This document shows, in pieces, positions 43,759 through 44,966 of a stretch of DNA of 44,966 nucleotides. Below the pieces are notes generated by a model. That model saw nothing but the letters and a program-made list of their open reading frames with translations, did no database searches and was not told the DNA's origin. Source of the DNA: a virus. The translations under genes were made by a program, and so were the position numbers. The stretch's first letter is position 1. Each line of letters starts with the position of its first letter. The stretch lies in the IMG/VR virus record IMGVR_UViG_3300045988_027444. One strand, 5' to 3'.

Positions 43759-44179
43759 TCATACCACCCCCGAAATAGTAGTAGCAGTAAAATGTATCAG
43801 TAGCCTCGCCACCTTTTATCAAAGCGAACAACAGGAACAAATCCCCTTTTTCCATCAAATTTAAATCAAAGGTAAAATCCCCGGCTGCTTTCCCGTAGCC
43901 CTCGTTATCGGGAGCTAAAATGCTTGACTTTGGTATATAGACGTTTGTAGCATGGACAAGATAAGGCTCTCTACTTGGGAAATTTGCAGTAACTACTAGC
44001 GTGTAGTTCGTTTCGGGTTGGATGTTAAAGAAATCTATAGAACAATTCAGCGCCACGCCTATCGGATAACTCGATAAGTTGTTTAATGTGCTAAGTTCGT
44101 CACCGCTGTCAGCTTCAAAAAGTTTGACTCCAGCAATCTTTTCTTTAAATGGATTTGACTTCGTAGCGACACTTACCAT
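43751..44179 (-). CDS. Unknown beta-rich soluble protein (142 aa)
   Basis: ATG 44179 lies 1 nt after the cI stop, and the AAGGGAGAA RBS sits inside the cI 3' end. No motif recognised. Confidence 0.7.
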   Translation of the reverse strand: MVSVATKSNPFKEKIAGVKLFEADSGDELSTLNNLSSYPIGVALNCSIDFFNIQPETNYTLVVTANFPSREPYLVHATNVYIPKSSILAPDNEGYGKAAGDFTFDLNLMEKGDLFLLFALIKGGEATDTFYCYYYFGGGMNE

Positions 44180-44180
44180 A

Positions 44181-44561
44181 CTATTCTCCCTTACTACTCA
44201 TATAACCTGCAATAATGCCACGGATAGCCCGCTTGTCATCCTCAGTCAGCGGTTTACCGTCGAACATCATGGCGTTGTCGATGATTTCATCGATGTCATG
44301 GGTATTAGGTTGTGGGTCGTCGGTCATAGGGGCGTCGTATCCCATGAGCCACGCTTCAGACACTCCCAACGTTCTAGCAAGTAACACTAACTTTTCTTGG
44401 TCTGGTGTTGATTTCCCATTGATATACTGAGACAAAGCGCTCTTTCCGAGTTTTACACCTAGTTCTTTTTGATGAGCTTTTGAAAGAGAAATTATATCAA
44501 CTTGTTTTAAGTTCCGTTCGCTCATAATTTGCTGCAAACGTGAAGCAGTAGTATTTTTCAT
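44181..44561 (-). CDS. CI-like XRE-family HTH repressor
   Basis: HTH LKQVDIISLS...SALSQYINGKSTP, divergent from the cro-like gene. Confidence 0.85.
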   Translation of the reverse strand: MKNTTASRLQQIMSERNLKQVDIISLSKAHQKELGVKLGKSALSQYINGKSTPDQEKLVLLARTLGVSEAWLMGYDAPMTDDPQPNTHDIDEIIDNAMMFDGKPLTEDDKRAIRGIIAGYMSSKGE

Positions 44562-44588
44562 ATTTTTTTCCTTTTCCTTTATGGGTTC

Positions 44589-44617
44589 ATTATATAGTAG
44601 AAAACAAAAAAGTTCAA
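44589..44617 (-). promoter_or_regulatory. Repressor promoter (TTGAAC-17-TATAAT on the minus strand)
   Basis: The reverse complement of gttcaa at 44612-44617 gives the -35, and that of attata at 44589-44594 gives the -10. The spacer is 17 nt. Confidence 0.65.
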
Positions 44618-44633
44618 GAAAAATCTAAAAAAA

Positions 44634-44649
44634 GTTCAAAAAAATGAAC
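44634..44649. promoter_or_regulatory. Operator-like palindrome GTTCA-a6-TGAAC
   Basis: Read directly. It lies between the divergent promoters. Confidence 0.55.
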
Positions 44650-44657
44650 AAAAACTG

Positions 44658-44686
44658 TTGACAAAATAAAAGAGAAGGATTAAAAT
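44658..44686 (+). promoter_or_regulatory. Early lytic promoter (TTGACA-17-TAAAAT) for the cro-like gene
   Basis: TTGACA at 44658-44663, a 17-nt spacer and TAAAAT at 44681-44686. Confidence 0.7.
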
Positions 44687-44696
44687 AAAACCATAA

Positions 44697-44714
44697 AGTT
44701 CAAGAGATTGAACT
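44697..44714. promoter_or_regulatory. Operator-like palindrome AGTTCA-6-TGAACT in the cro leader
   Basis: Read directly. It lies between the early -10 and the cro RBS. Confidence 0.55.
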
Positions 44715-44730
44715 TAGAAAGGAGAACTCA

Positions 44731-44966
44731 ATGAGATTTAACTATGCTAAATTAAAAGGTCGCATCAAAGAAAAATATGAGACTCAAGGAGATTTTGCGA
44801 AAGCTATTGGCTTAACTCCTACAACATTTTCGTTTAAAATCAACGGTAAAGCAAAGTGGAAACAAGATGAAATTGTAAAAGCTGCTGAACTATTAGAAAT
44901 CTCACAAGATGAGATTGCCGAATATTTTTTTGCCTATAAAGTTCAAGAACTTGAACCAAAAAAAAT
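44731..44966 (+). CDS. 5' part of the Cro-like XRE-family HTH protein (continues at 1-150)
   Basis: ATG 44731 follows AAAGGAGAA. HTH QGDFAKAIGLTPTTFSFKINGK. The joined protein is 88 aa. Confidence 0.8.
   Translation, partial: MRFNYAKLKGRIKEKYETQGDFAKAIGLTPTTFSFKINGKAKWKQDEIVKAAELLEISQDEIAEYFFAYKVQELEPKK
44848..44966. repeat. Terminal direct repeat, right copy (identical to 1-119)
   Basis: Same 119 nt as the window start. This is an assembly-style circular overlap. Confidence 0.95.

Larger units (their letters stand above)
1..44966. mobile_element. Complete temperate siphovirus-type phage genome, assembled as a closed circle
   Basis: Full set of modules in canonical order: int/cI/cro, replication, terS/terL/portal, capsid, tail, holin/lysin. 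There is an exact 119-bp terminal overlap. Confidence 0.9.

Noticed and set aside
44079-44430. Plus-strand ORFs lie antisense to orf142 and cI (44079-44384 and 44215-44430).
   Set aside because: No RBS, and they are fully nested antisense to well-supported genes.

Overview
The window is one complete temperate siphovirus-type phage genome from a low-GC Gram-positive host. The host is probably Streptococcus, an inference from protein families and codon/GC feel, not a search. Bases 1-119 are repeated exactly at 44848-44966, so the contig closes into a circle of about 44,847 bp, and a cro-like gene spans the junction.

Gene order:
- Cro-like gene.
- An antisense DUF4145-like accessory gene.
- Early genes, including an LPXTG wall-anchored Cna-like adhesin.
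- A replication/recombination module: SMC-like ATPase, Sak4-like ATPase, DUF669 SSB-like protein, SF2 helicase and primase-helicase.
- An iteron origin.
- RusA, MazG-like, a mini C5-methyltransferase-like protein, YopX and ArpU.
- terS, terL, portal and MuF.
- Scaffold, decoration and gpE-like capsid proteins, then connectors.
- Major tail protein, the G/GT frameshift chaperones, tape measure, Dit, a collagen-repeat tail protein and a fibre.
- Two holins and the endolysin.
- A terminator and small-RNA-like cluster.
- A two-gene moron with a consensus promoter.
- The attP region.
- On the minus strand: integrase, a membrane protein and ImmA, then two unknown genes co-transcribed with the CI repressor.

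Best candidates for something new:
1. The two translationally coupled unknown genes inside the CI operon. One is a beta-rich soluble protein and the other a tail-anchored coiled-coil membrane protein.
2. The self-promoted antisense Zn-ribbon/DUF4145-like gene.
3. The phage-borne LPXTG adhesin, which overlaps the start of the early replication genes (TAATG).
4. The moron pair.
5. The MuF C-terminal extension with a small downstream ORF.

All family assignments come from motif recognition by eye. No database search was run.
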